A stretch of DNA of 64,000 bases from Candidatus Bathyarchaeota archaeon. GTDB lineage: Archaea > Thermoproteota > Bathyarchaeia > TCS64. The position numbers were made by a program, and so were the translations under genes. Shown piece by piece: positions 29,922-38,612 of this stretch. Position 1 is the stretch's first letter. Each line of letters opens with the position of its first letter. The stretch covers positions 352,001 through 416,000 of the forward strand of contig CAVYVF010000023.1 of assembly GCA_963771885.1 (NCBI GenBank), read 5' to 3'. The notes under the pieces are model-generated. The model worked only from the letters and a program-made list of their open reading frames with translations. It was not told the DNA's origin and did not search any database.

Positions 29922-30791
29922 TCATGAGGATGCCTTGGATTCGCGGCTCTTCCACTTCTTAGAAGCCCAGAAGTCCTTCCAGTGGTCCTGCCTCTCCGGG
30001 ACGTTCTTCAGAGTGAATCTTATGGGATCGAGGTCGTCTAGCTCCTCCCACGTGATGGGTGTTGAAACAGTCGCCGATGGCGTTGCTCTAAGGCTGTAGG
30101 GGCACGCCATCGTCCGCCCCCTCCCGTTCTGCGGGTAGTCTATGTAGATCGTCCCCGGCTTCTTCTGCCCCTTTTCAGAGGAGACTATGCCCGTCTCCTT
30201 TGCGAGCTCCACTCCGACGCTGTGGGCGTATGCGCGGGTCGCCTCGTAGGTCTCGCTGCGGTCGAGGCGGGCGACGACGTGGAGCCCCCTCTTCCCCGAG
30301 GTCTTCACACACGCCTCGAAACCCCTATCCTTTAGCTTACCTCTGATGAGGCGTGCCACCTTGACCATCTCTGGGATGCCCGCGGGGGGCTGAGGGTCGA
30401 GGTCGAAGAGCACCATGTCGGGGTGATCAGGTTTATCGATCCTCGCTAGGGGGATGTGAAGCTCAAGTGCTGCGAGGTTCGCGAGCCAGATGAGTGTGTC
30501 GAGGTCGTCGCAGATAATGTAGTCGAGCTCCCTCCCCGCCGCCTCGGAATAGGTATGATGGAGGCGGACCCAGTCCGGCGTCCCCTGAGGCGCGTCCTTC
30601 CCGTAGAAGCCCTCCGTCTCGACTCCGTCGGGGTAACGCGTCACAACAAGCGCCCGCTCCTCGAGGAAGGGCAGCATCCTAGGCGCAACGATGATGTAGT
30701 ACTTCACGATGTCGAGCTTTCTCACCTCCGCGGCGGGGTAGAGGACCTTGTCTAAGTTAGAGAACTGGACCTTGGTGAGCTTCTCCATCAA
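29922..30791 (-). CDS. LigD-type primase-polymerase (stand-alone POL domain)
   Basis: SNLDKVLYP, RYPDG, FDLDP, KTSGKRGLHV, YIDYPQN and PYSLRA. Confidence 0.92.
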   Translation of the reverse strand: MMEKLTKVQFSNLDKVLYPAAEVRKLDIVKYYIIVAPRMLPFLEERALVVTRYPDGVETEGFYGKDAPQGTPDWVRLHHTYSEAAGRELDYIICDDLDTLIWLANLAALELHIPLARIDKPDHPDMVLFDLDPQPPAGIPEMVKVARLIRGKLKDRGFEACVKTSGKRGLHVVARLDRSETYEATRAYAHSVGVELAKETGIVSSEKGQKKPGTIYIDYPQNGRGRTMACPYSLRATPSATVSTPITWEELDDLDPIRFTLKNVPERQDHWKDFWASKKWKSRESKASS

Positions 30792-30822
30792 TAGGGCTAT
30801 TGGAACGGTGGCTGATAAGAAG

Positions 30823-31245
30823 CTAGGCTAGGGTTATCTCCGGCTCGAGTGTGACCTTCGCCTTTATTGACTGCCAGATTAGGCTGTACTTCTCCGCCAG
30901 CTCCAGGGCGCGCCTCACCTTCTCTTCGGTGCAGCCGCGTATAACGATCTTCGGCCTGAGGGTAACTGCGTCGAACGTAGATGTCCTGTCTAGGAACTCC
31001 TCGACGTGCCCCTCGGCCTCGCATGTGTAGCTTATGAGGTCAATCTTGAGCCTCTCGACACTCCAGATGAACATTAAGGCGTAGCATGTGTTCAGGGCAG
31101 CAACGAAAGCGTCCTCGGGAGTAAGCACCCCTACCACTCCCTTGATGTCGGCGGGCGCCGAGAAGGGGAGAACGGGGCCGTTACTCAGCGATACCTCGCC
31201 GCTGTGACCCCCCGTCCACCTGGCTGTGGTCCTGTAGGTCACCAA
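30823..31245 (-). CDS. OsmC/Ohr-like protein
   Basis: TPEDAFVAALNTC (peroxidatic Cys); AEKYS at the usual resolving-Cys position. Confidence 0.8.
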   Translation of the reverse strand: MVTYRTTARWTGGHSGEVSLSNGPVLPFSAPADIKGVVGVLTPEDAFVAALNTCYALMFIWSVERLKIDLISYTCEAEGHVEEFLDRTSTFDAVTLRPKIVIRGCTEEKVRRALELAEKYSLIWQSIKAKVTLEPEITLA

Positions 31246-31647
31246 CTACGCGGCCTCCTGAATCTCACCAATCTTCAGGGCGAGCAACTCGGCTATTCGA
31301 CGTGCCGCTTTCAATCCTTCGGAGTCGAGTGTCCTCCTCCCCTTCGGTAGCTCGGCCCCCCACTCATTGAGGAGCGCCTCGACGTCAACGCCCGCGGCGG
31401 GCTCCTTGCTGTATTTTGTTATCGCCTTGTAAGCGCAGTGCTTCCCGCAACCGTCCACCGCGATCGTCGGGTGATCCTTGGCGAAGCTGTGCTCCTGCTC
31501 CTCCCCTGCGAAAAAGAGGGGCAGGCAAATGGTCACGGTCTGATCTGATCCCTCAAGTGCTAGGCGCGTCGCGACCCTGCTTAACGTCCCCAGACCGCAG
31601 CACTCTCCACTGCAGGAGACGACGCCTATCTTCGGCTTTATCTTCAT
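31246..31647 (-). CDS. DGC-domain putative zinc-binding protein
   Basis: SCSG, TICL and IAVDGC..HCA. Confidence 0.85.
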   Translation of the reverse strand: MKIKPKIGVVSCSGECCGLGTLSRVATRLALEGSDQTVTICLPLFFAGEEQEHSFAKDHPTIAVDGCGKHCAYKAITKYSKEPAAGVDVEALLNEWGAELPKGRRTLDSEGLKAARRIAELLALKIGEIQEAA

Positions 31648-32048
31648 GGCTGTGCCTCCCAGAGCTCGTCGACCTTCACCGCTAACTTTTCGGCGAGTAT
31701 CTTGGAGAGCTTCTCACCGTCCTCGTCGAGTGTGGTGACTGTGCGTGGGCGTAAGCCGCGGTTCTCCCTAAGCAGGTCCATGACTCGGAAGTGGGCAGCG
31801 ATCCTGCCCCCACTATGCTCGACGTTGTTGCCGGAGCATTCGAGGGTGCATCCGTCTACGGCGATGCATGTGCTCCCTGCTACCTTGCGTCTCGCCTCCT
31901 CGTCGCCCATGACGAGCAGCGAGAGGCAGAGCGTATCCGCCTTCCCCGGGCGCAGTTCATCGCAGACACGGAAAACGGCGTCTCGGCTTATCGAGCCGAA
32001 GGACTTCCCTATGCCGCTGCAGGGGATGACGAGTATCGGCTTCTTCAA
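31644..32048 (-). CDS. DGC-domain putative zinc-binding protein
   Basis: PCSG, TLCL and IAVDGC..ECS. Confidence 0.85.
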   Translation of the reverse strand: MKKPILVIPCSGIGKSFGSISRDAVFRVCDELRPGKADTLCLSLLVMGDEEARRKVAGSTCIAVDGCTLECSGNNVEHSGGRIAAHFRVMDLLRENRGLRPRTVTTLDEDGEKLSKILAEKLAVKVDELWEAQP

Positions 32049-32049
32049 G

Positions 32050-32502
32050 TTACATCCCCTTTATCTTCCTAAGCTCCTCGACGACCTTGATCTTCATCGA
32101 CTCAAAGTAATCTTCCGCGGAGATGAGGACGCTCAATCCGGAAGCTGGTTTGATGACCGCCACCCAGCCCCCACCGTAGGGGTCACGGTTGATGACCTCG
32201 GGCTTTGACTCGATGGTGGGGTTGACTTCAACTATCTCTCCGTCGGTTGGGCTCAGTATGTCCTGCACCATCTTCACTGTCTCGTAGCTGCCGATGAAAC
32301 CCCCGTTAGTGATCTTGGTTCCGACTGGCCGAGCCTCCGCGAAGACAAGGTCGCCAGCTCTCCTCTGCGCGAAGTCGGTTAATCCAACCCTGATGCTTTC
32401 ATCGGCTTCGCGTTTCACCCAGACCTCATCCCGGGAGTATAGTAGGCCCTTCTTGGCCTTGAACACGAACTTGTCAGCAGTTGTCTCGTAGTATTCACTC
32501 AT
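32050..32502 (-). CDS. Glycine cleavage H-like lipoyl carrier protein
   Basis: VGLTDFAQ..AGD, lipoyl-Lys motif ETVK, SP..GEIVEVN and IN.DPYG.GW. Confidence 0.88.
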   Translation of the reverse strand: MSEYYETTADKFVFKAKKGLLYSRDEVWVKREADESIRVGLTDFAQRRAGDLVFAEARPVGTKITNGGFIGSYETVKMVQDILSPTDGEIVEVNPTIESKPEVINRDPYGGGWVAVIKPASGLSVLISAEDYFESMKIKVVEELRKIKGM

Positions 32503-33554
32503 CACTTCTTCTCCTCCACCTTCCCAATTCCTTTCCGGTTGCGGGGGAAGTAGCCGCATGTGTGCAGCCCGAAGCGCACTAGGCTGAGCATCAGCGGGAC
32601 CTCGAAGAGGGGTCCGATGACGGTTGCCAGTGCAGCGCCACTGCCGATGCCGTACAGCGTTGTTGCCACGGCTATGGCGACTTCGAAGTGGCTGCTCGAG
32701 CCGATGATTGTACAGTCAATGGCCGTGGGGTAGTCCCAGCGCATATACCAGGCGAGGGCGTAGGTCCATACTATCATAACGGCGTAGTGGATGAGGTTGG
32801 GTACGGCGATGAAGAGGACGAGCAGGGGATCGCTGAGTATTATATTGCCCTGGAGGCTGAAGAGGACGATGAGAGTGACGAGGAGGGCGAGGAAACTGAC
32901 CTTACCCGCCTTGGCGCGGAATACGTCGTCGAACCACTCCTTGCCCTTGGCTGGGATGAGTATCTTCCTCGTGAGTGCGCCAGCGGCTACGGGTACGAGT
33001 ATGAAGAATACGACACTCATGACGATGAGGTCCCAAGGTACAGGGATGCCACTGACGCCTAGGTAGAACGCCGCCATAGGTGCGTAGAGGAGTATCATGA
33101 GTACCGCGTTTACAGCCGTGTTAATGAGCCCCTGCGCCATATCTCCCTTGGCGAGGAGCATCCACCACATCACCATCGCTGTGCACGGCGACAAGCCAAG
33201 CAGTATGACGCCGGCTATGTAGTCGGGGTGCCCCGCGAGGAAGACGTTGGCGAGCAGCGTCATCAGCGCCGGCGCGATGACCCAGTTTGCGAAGACCGTG
33301 AACATTATCGGCTTCGGGTTTTTCGCCGCTTTCTTCACATCCATGAAATCGATACCGAGGATCGTCGGGTACATCATGAAGAAGAGGCAGATTCCGATGG
33401 GGATCGATATCTGGGCAAACTTTAGCGAGTCGAGGTACTGCCCGAAGCCGGGGGCGAACTTGCCTAGGAGTAGTCCGATCGCTATGCATATTCCGATCCA
33501 GACTGTTAGGTACTTTTCTATTATGCCGAGTTTCTTCTCCGACACGGCGATCAC
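32502..33554 (-). CDS. acr3: ACR3 arsenite efflux transporter
   Basis: EKYLTVW, MMYP, PCTAMV, SSHFEVAIAVA and GPLFEVP. Confidence 0.92.
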   Translation of the reverse strand: MIAVSEKKLGIIEKYLTVWIGICIAIGLLLGKFAPGFGQYLDSLKFAQISIPIGICLFFMMYPTILGIDFMDVKKAAKNPKPIMFTVFANWVIAPALMTLLANVFLAGHPDYIAGVILLGLSPCTAMVMWWMLLAKGDMAQGLINTAVNAVLMILLYAPMAAFYLGVSGIPVPWDLIVMSVVFFILVPVAAGALTRKILIPAKGKEWFDDVFRAKAGKVSFLALLVTLIVLFSLQGNIILSDPLLVLFIAVPNLIHYAVMIVWTYALAWYMRWDYPTAIDCTIIGSSSHFEVAIAVATTLYGIGSGAALATVIGPLFEVPLMLSLVRFGLHTCGYFPRNRKGIGKVEEKK

Positions 33555-33646
33555 TTTTCATCAACGTTACTACACCCTAACATATTAAGTTATGTGGATA
33601 TGTGGATGGATGTATGTTTAAACACCTCGCCTCCCAAGGGACGCCT

Positions 33647-34060
33647 ATGGTCAGCGTACTGTTCATATGCGTCCACAACGCGGGCAGGAGCCAGATAGCG
33701 GAGGCGATCTTCAACAGCCTCGCAGACGGGCGCCACCTCGCCAAGAGCGCTGGCAGCAAACCAGCAGACCAAGTTAACCCCGTCGCAGTCGAGGCTCTGA
33801 AGGAGATAGGTATAGACATCAGCGGCAGGAAGCCAAAGAAGCTGGACGCCGACCTCGCCCTCGGGGCGGACCTAGCTATCACAATGGGCTGCGGTGACGA
33901 GCCCTGTCCCGTAGTCACCGGCGAGTTAAGGGACTGGGACCTCGAGGACCCCCATGGGCAGCCCATCGAGAAAGTCAGGGAGATCAGGGACGAGATACGA
34001 CGGAGGGTCGAAGCTCTCGTCGAGGAACTCGATAAATGGTCTATACCCTCCCCGGATTAA
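33647..34060 (+). CDS. arsC: Arsenate reductase (LMW-PTP fold)
   Basis: CVHNAGRSQ, ITMGCGD..CP and WDLEDP. Confidence 0.9.
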   Translation: MVSVLFICVHNAGRSQIAEAIFNSLADGRHLAKSAGSKPADQVNPVAVEALKEIGIDISGRKPKKLDADLALGADLAITMGCGDEPCPVVTGELRDWDLEDPHGQPIEKVREIRDEIRRRVEALVEELDKWSIPSPD

Positions 34061-34156
34061 ATCCTCCTCAACCATCTCCCAATTAACACAGTATTACCAA
34101 CGCATGCCCCAGTTATGGCAGCTTTTATATCGCGCCAAACCTTTCCATCAAACGTT

Positions 34157-35488
34157 ATGGTCAAGAAAGCGATAATCATGGGCGCCGCGGGCCGCGACTT
34201 CCACAACTTCAACACCCACTTCCGGGACAACCCCGCCTACGAAGTTGTCGCCTTCACGGCTGCCCAGATAAGCGAACTCGACGCTACCGCAGGAATCGAG
34301 AAGAGGATCTATCCCCCGGAGCTCGCTGGGAAGAGGTACCCGAAGGGAATACCCATCTACCCAGAGTCCCAGCTCGAGAAGCTCGTCGAGGATCTCGACG
34401 CCGACGAGGTCTTCTTCAGCTACAGTGACGTGAGCCATCAGTTCCTCATGAACGAGGGAAGTAGAGCTCTCGCCTCGGGCGCTAGTTTCACCCTCCTCGG
34501 CCCTAAGGAAACCATGATCACTTCGCAGAAGCCGGTGATCAGCGTCTGCGCCAGCAGGACGGGGAGCGGCAAGAGCCCCACGAGCAGATGGCTCGTCGAC
34601 CGACTCAAGGCGCAGGGCAAGAAGGTCGTCGTCATCCGCCACCCGATGCCCTACGGTGACCTTGTAAAGCAGCGTGTCCAGCGCTTCGCCACCCTAGCGG
34701 ACCTCGACAAGCACGACTGCACGATCGAGGAGCGGGAGGACTACGAACCACACATTGAGAGAGGTGCTATCGTCTACGCGGGCGTAGACTACGAAGCAAT
34801 CATCCGGGAGGCGGAGAAGGAGACTGATATCGTAGTCTGGGACGGCGGCAACAACGACTACCCCTTCTACTGGCCAAAGGTACATATCTGCATCGTTGAT
34901 CCCCACAGGGCTGGCAACGAGTTGACCTACTACCCTGGCGAGGTTAACGTTCGCATGGCGAACGTCGTCGTGATAAGCAAAGTCAACACGGCGCCGCCGG
35001 GGAGCGTTGAGCTGGTTCGGAAAAACGTCCAATCAGTCAACCCTTGGGCGCAGGTTGTGGAGACCGATATGGTCATCACCGCTGACGACGAGGCTCGGCT
35101 CCTCGGCAGGCGCGTGCTTGTCGTGGAGGATGGTCCCACCGTCACCCATGGGGGAATGGGCTACGGCGCAGCAACGATAAAAGCGCGTGAGTTGGAGGCG
35201 ACCATCGTCGACCCACGCCCCTACGCTAAGGGTACCATCAAGAGCGTCTACGAGCAGTACCCCCACCTCAAGAACGTGCTCCCTGCAGTCGGCTACAGCC
35301 CCAACCAGGTGAGGGAACTCGAGAAAATTATCAACGATACGCCCTGTGATCTTGTCCTCCTTGGCACACCTACCGACCTCCGCAGGTACCTGAAGCTGAA
35401 CAAGCCCGCTATACGGGTTCGCTACGAACTAAGGGAGCGTAAGAAGGGCGAACTTGAAAAAGCTGTACTTGGCAGGATGGAGTCCTAG
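34157..35488 (+). CDS. P-loop NTPase of the cDPG-synthase-like / arginine synthetase (ArcE-like) family
   Basis: IMGAAGRDFHNFN, RTGSGKS, RHPMPYG, TIEEREDYE, WDGGNND and EDGPTVTHGGM. Confidence 0.75.
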   Translation: MVKKAIIMGAAGRDFHNFNTHFRDNPAYEVVAFTAAQISELDATAGIEKRIYPPELAGKRYPKGIPIYPESQLEKLVEDLDADEVFFSYSDVSHQFLMNEGSRALASGASFTLLGPKETMITSQKPVISVCASRTGSGKSPTSRWLVDRLKAQGKKVVVIRHPMPYGDLVKQRVQRFATLADLDKHDCTIEEREDYEPHIERGAIVYAGVDYEAIIREAEKETDIVVWDGGNNDYPFYWPKVHICIVDPHRAGNELTYYPGEVNVRMANVVVISKVNTAPPGSVELVRKNVQSVNPWAQVVETDMVITADDEARLLGRRVLVVEDGPTVTHGGMGYGAATIKARELEATIVDPRPYAKGTIKSVYEQYPHLKNVLPAVGYSPNQVRELEKIINDTPCDLVLLGTPTDLRRYLKLNKPAIRVRYELRERKKGELEKAVLGRMES

Positions 35489-35709
35489 AGGACGTCGCTG
35501 GCGTCGTAGACCTTGACGCGTTGGAGACGCTCTACCTCGGTCAGTTCCCTCGCGTGTTTGACGGCGTGTTTCTCGTCCTCGTCCGACCAATACTTGCGTT
35601 CATCAAGCTATCGCAGTCTCGAGCTGCCTTAGGTACACCACTGATACCAATAGAAAACCGAGAGCCCGAGCGCCGCTAATTTATAGCGTTAATCGAGTGA
35701 AAATATGGA

Positions 35710-36936
35710 TTAGTTCGGCTTCCACAAGCCCCTCGCCACGGCGGGGACGAAACCACGGACGGAGTCGGGGCTGAACTTCAGCGTCTTTCCCTCCTCCGCC
35801 GACTTATAGGCGTGCATCATAAGCCTGGTAACGAGCAGTCCGTCGTGCCACGTCTCCTCAGGCCGCTCACCCTCCGCGAAGCACTCGACCATATGCCTAC
35901 ACTCCGCAGCGTAGCCGTAGGCCGCCGCCTCATCTGGCACAATGGGCATGAGCCCCTGCTCGGCCGCCTGCTTCTCGACGAAGTCCTCGCCCTGTTTGGC
36001 TTGGATGTTCCTGCTCAGGAAGACGCTGAGTTCCTGCTGGAGGCTGTTCATGGCGACGCTATACTCGGGTCCGAAGACTTCCATGCTGAGGCGGAGCCCG
36101 GGGCCCGTGTAGCACCAGCTTACCTTCGCCTCGGAGAGCACCTGATCCTCTCCGTCCTGGTAGGTGATGTTGACGCTGGCGTAGTCCTCGGCGGGGGCGA
36201 CGGAGTAGTCGACGCCATACTGCTTCTTAAGCTGGCCCATGGCTGGCTCGTGCGTCCATTTGAGGCTCCGAATGTCCCCCTGAACTGAGACTGGCTTGAG
36301 GCTTCCTGGCCTCTCGGGGTCTGTGAGCAGGTATCGTGATGCCTCGATGCTGTGGCACGCCATGTCTAGGAGGACACCACCGCCGCTCCGACGCGGGTCC
36401 CAAAACCATGGCATGTGCGGTCCGCCGTGCTCCTCTGCTGCGCGCCCAAGGTAGGGCCTACCTGCCTTTCGGGCGCCGTGGCGCCAGAGCGCGTCGCGTC
36501 CCCTGACGACGCTTGGCGAAAAGACCTGGTTCTCGAGGTAGCCGTGGAGGAGCTCCGTCTTCTCGACGAGCTTGACCATCTCCTCGGCCTCGTCAGCGGT
36601 TCTGCCTAGTGGCTTTTCGCAGGCGACTCCGATGAGGTTGCCCTTGCCCTGCAGCGCCTCCTCGGCGATCACCTTTACAGTATCTAGGCGCGCGTAGTTG
36701 GGGTTCATCACCCAGACGGCGTTGACCGCCTTGTCAGCAAGCATCCTGTGCAGATCGGTGTAGATGTTCGGGTTTCCTATGCCGAGGCCGTTGCAGTACG
36801 CGGCAAGCTTTCTCGCCCCCTCGGGGTGTGGGTTGTATATCGCGGTGATGTCGGCGCCCCTGACCGATGTCCATCCTTGGGCCATGAACCTGGCGATGAA
36901 GCCCGAGCCGATGAATCCGACTCCCAGCTTGTCCAT
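35710..36936 (-). CDS. Gfo/Idh/MocA family oxidoreductase
   Basis: GFIGSGFIA, CEKPL and GGGVLLDMACH. Confidence 0.88.
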   Translation of the reverse strand: MDKLGVGFIGSGFIARFMAQGWTSVRGADITAIYNPHPEGARKLAAYCNGLGIGNPNIYTDLHRMLADKAVNAVWVMNPNYARLDTVKVIAEEALQGKGNLIGVACEKPLGRTADEAEEMVKLVEKTELLHGYLENQVFSPSVVRGRDALWRHGARKAGRPYLGRAAEEHGGPHMPWFWDPRRSGGGVLLDMACHSIEASRYLLTDPERPGSLKPVSVQGDIRSLKWTHEPAMGQLKKQYGVDYSVAPAEDYASVNITYQDGEDQVLSEAKVSWCYTGPGLRLSMEVFGPEYSVAMNSLQQELSVFLSRNIQAKQGEDFVEKQAAEQGLMPIVPDEAAAYGYAAECRHMVECFAEGERPEETWHDGLLVTRLMMHAYKSAEEGKTLKFSPDSVRGFVPAVARGLWKPN

Positions 36937-36967
36937 GCCTGAGAATCCGCCCGTGGCTCGGATAAGA

Positions 36968-37393
36968 CTACCCACTACGCTTGCCTACGCGAAGGAGCCT
37001 ACCATCCCTGACCCTGCCGAGGTCGAGGGCGTGCCCCGCGGAGAAGACGATGTGGTGCTCCTCAGTCGCCTCGACCACAATCGGCTTTCTGTCGATGAAG
37101 GCAGCGGCGTCTCCGTGTGTGAGAATTATCGAGTCGCTCCGGGAGCTGGCGAAGAGCTGCAGCCCCGCGACTGTAGGCACTGTTTCAGCGCCACGTGCAA
37201 CCAGTATGCCGACAGAGTCCGTCTTCAGCTTCCGTAACGGCAGCGTAATGACTTTAGGCGAGACCGCCCAGATTCCCTCCTCGCCCTCAAGCACCTCGCA
37301 TCCGGCTAATGCATCGACATCGAACCCATATCGCTCGACTAGGTGGGCCAGCAGCAGGCGCCTCTCTTCCCCAGCGATCAGCCTCAGCGACAT
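36968..37393 (-). CDS. Hypothetical protein, possible RsmF C-terminal/PUA-like partner
   Basis: Overlaps the stop of the upstream m5C methyltransferase; HLVERYG and terminal beta-rich segment. Confidence 0.55.
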   Translation of the reverse strand: MSLRLIAGEERRLLLAHLVERYGFDVDALAGCEVLEGEEGIWAVSPKVITLPLRKLKTDSVGILVARGAETVPTVAGLQLFASSRSDSIILTHGDAAAFIDRKPIVVEATEEHHIVFSAGHALDLGRVRDGRLLRVGKRSG

Positions 37394-38310
37394 CTCTGTA
37401 TCCTCGCTACGAAGAATCCCTGCGTCTTATGGTGGTGAGGGTAGAGGCGGACGCATCTCGACACTCTATCGTCATATCTTATGCCTCTCCACTCCGTTTC
37501 CCCCTCGGTATGCCTGAGGGGATTGATTGAGATCTCTTTTACGTCAGCGTCCCTATGCCTTCTCAACAGAGAATCTACGACCCCCTCGTTCTCCTCCGGC
37601 GACAACGTGCAAGTCGAGTAGATCAACATACCCCCGGGGGCGAGAAGACCGAAGCAGCTCTCGATGAGCTTTTCCTGTAGTCGGCTGCACCTCTGCACCC
37701 TGGAGGGCTTCCAGAGAGCGAGCGCCTCGGCATCATCTCCTATGCGTCCCTCGCAGCTACACGGCGCATCGAGCAGCACCTTATCGAATATCTGTCCCAC
37801 GTCGGGGTGTACACTCATGTCGAGCGTCGTCACCGCTGCATTCAGGACGCCCATGCGGCTTAGATTGAACCGGAGGACACGCGTCCTGTGCACGTCCACC
37901 TCATTCGCGGCAACGGCGCCACCGTTTTCCATGAGAGCGGATATGTGCGTCGTCTTCCCTCCGGGGGCTGCTGCAGCGTCCAACACAACACTCTCAGGGC
38001 TCGGGTCGAGTACCTCGGGTGGAAGGAGAGAGGCGGCGTCCTCGAGGTAGAATAGGCCTTGGAAGTGGGCGACTGAGTCGCCGAGACCATGCCCACGTTC
38101 ACTTATCCAGAAACCAGTCGGGCACCAGGGCACGGGGTCGAGTGCGAGTCCCGCTTCCCCTGCGAGCCCCTTCACCTCCCCCACAGTCGCTTTGAGCGTG
38201 TTCACCCGTAGGCAGGGCCGCGGCGGTGAGGCCAGAGCATCTTTGTATTCGCTGTACTCGTCGCCAAGAATTTCGGCGAGGCGACCGGCGAGGGTGGGAG
38301 GGAGCGTCAA
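37384..38310 (-). CDS. RsmB/NOP2 family RNA m5C methyltransferase
   Basis: RVNTLK, LDAAAAPGGKT, DAPCS and YSTCT...EENE. Confidence 0.92.
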   Translation of the reverse strand: MTLPPTLAGRLAEILGDEYSEYKDALASPPRPCLRVNTLKATVGEVKGLAGEAGLALDPVPWCPTGFWISERGHGLGDSVAHFQGLFYLEDAASLLPPEVLDPSPESVVLDAAAAPGGKTTHISALMENGGAVAANEVDVHRTRVLRFNLSRMGVLNAAVTTLDMSVHPDVGQIFDKVLLDAPCSCEGRIGDDAEALALWKPSRVQRCSRLQEKLIESCFGLLAPGGMLIYSTCTLSPEENEGVVDSLLRRHRDADVKEISINPLRHTEGETEWRGIRYDDRVSRCVRLYPHHHKTQGFFVARIQRCR

Positions 38311-38351
38311 GCTGTCCTAAGAATGGATTAATGTGCTTAAAGGTGCCTCGG

Positions 38352-38612
38352 CTAGCGGACCATCCGTTTAAGCTCCTTCGAATTTATCGCGACCCTGTAG
38401 GCGTCTCGCATCTGCATCTGCTTGTAATCCTCGTAACTCATGTGGGTGTTAGGGTAGAGCTGCTTGTACCTCTTGTAGGGGAGCCTTATATCCCCCTCAT
38501 GCTGCTGGATGAGCCGGTCCCTGGGGCGCGCAGAGATGGCTAGGGCTACGAACTCTAGCACGAGGATTGGTATGGCGATCCAGAGCAGGGTCGCTGTGAT
38601 GTCCCCGCTCAC
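38352..38612 (-). CDS. Small membrane-anchored hypothetical protein
   Basis: N-terminal TM; translationally coupled to the SPFH gene. Confidence 0.6.
   Translation of the reverse strand: MSGDITATLLWIAIPILVLEFVALAISARPRDRLIQQHEGDIRLPYKRYKQLYPNTHMSYEDYKQMQMRDAYRVAINSKELKRMVR

Noticed and set aside
35485..35610. Short minus-strand coding-like fragment (…KHARELTEVERLQRVKVYDASDVL*)
   Set aside because: No start codon and no family that I can recognise
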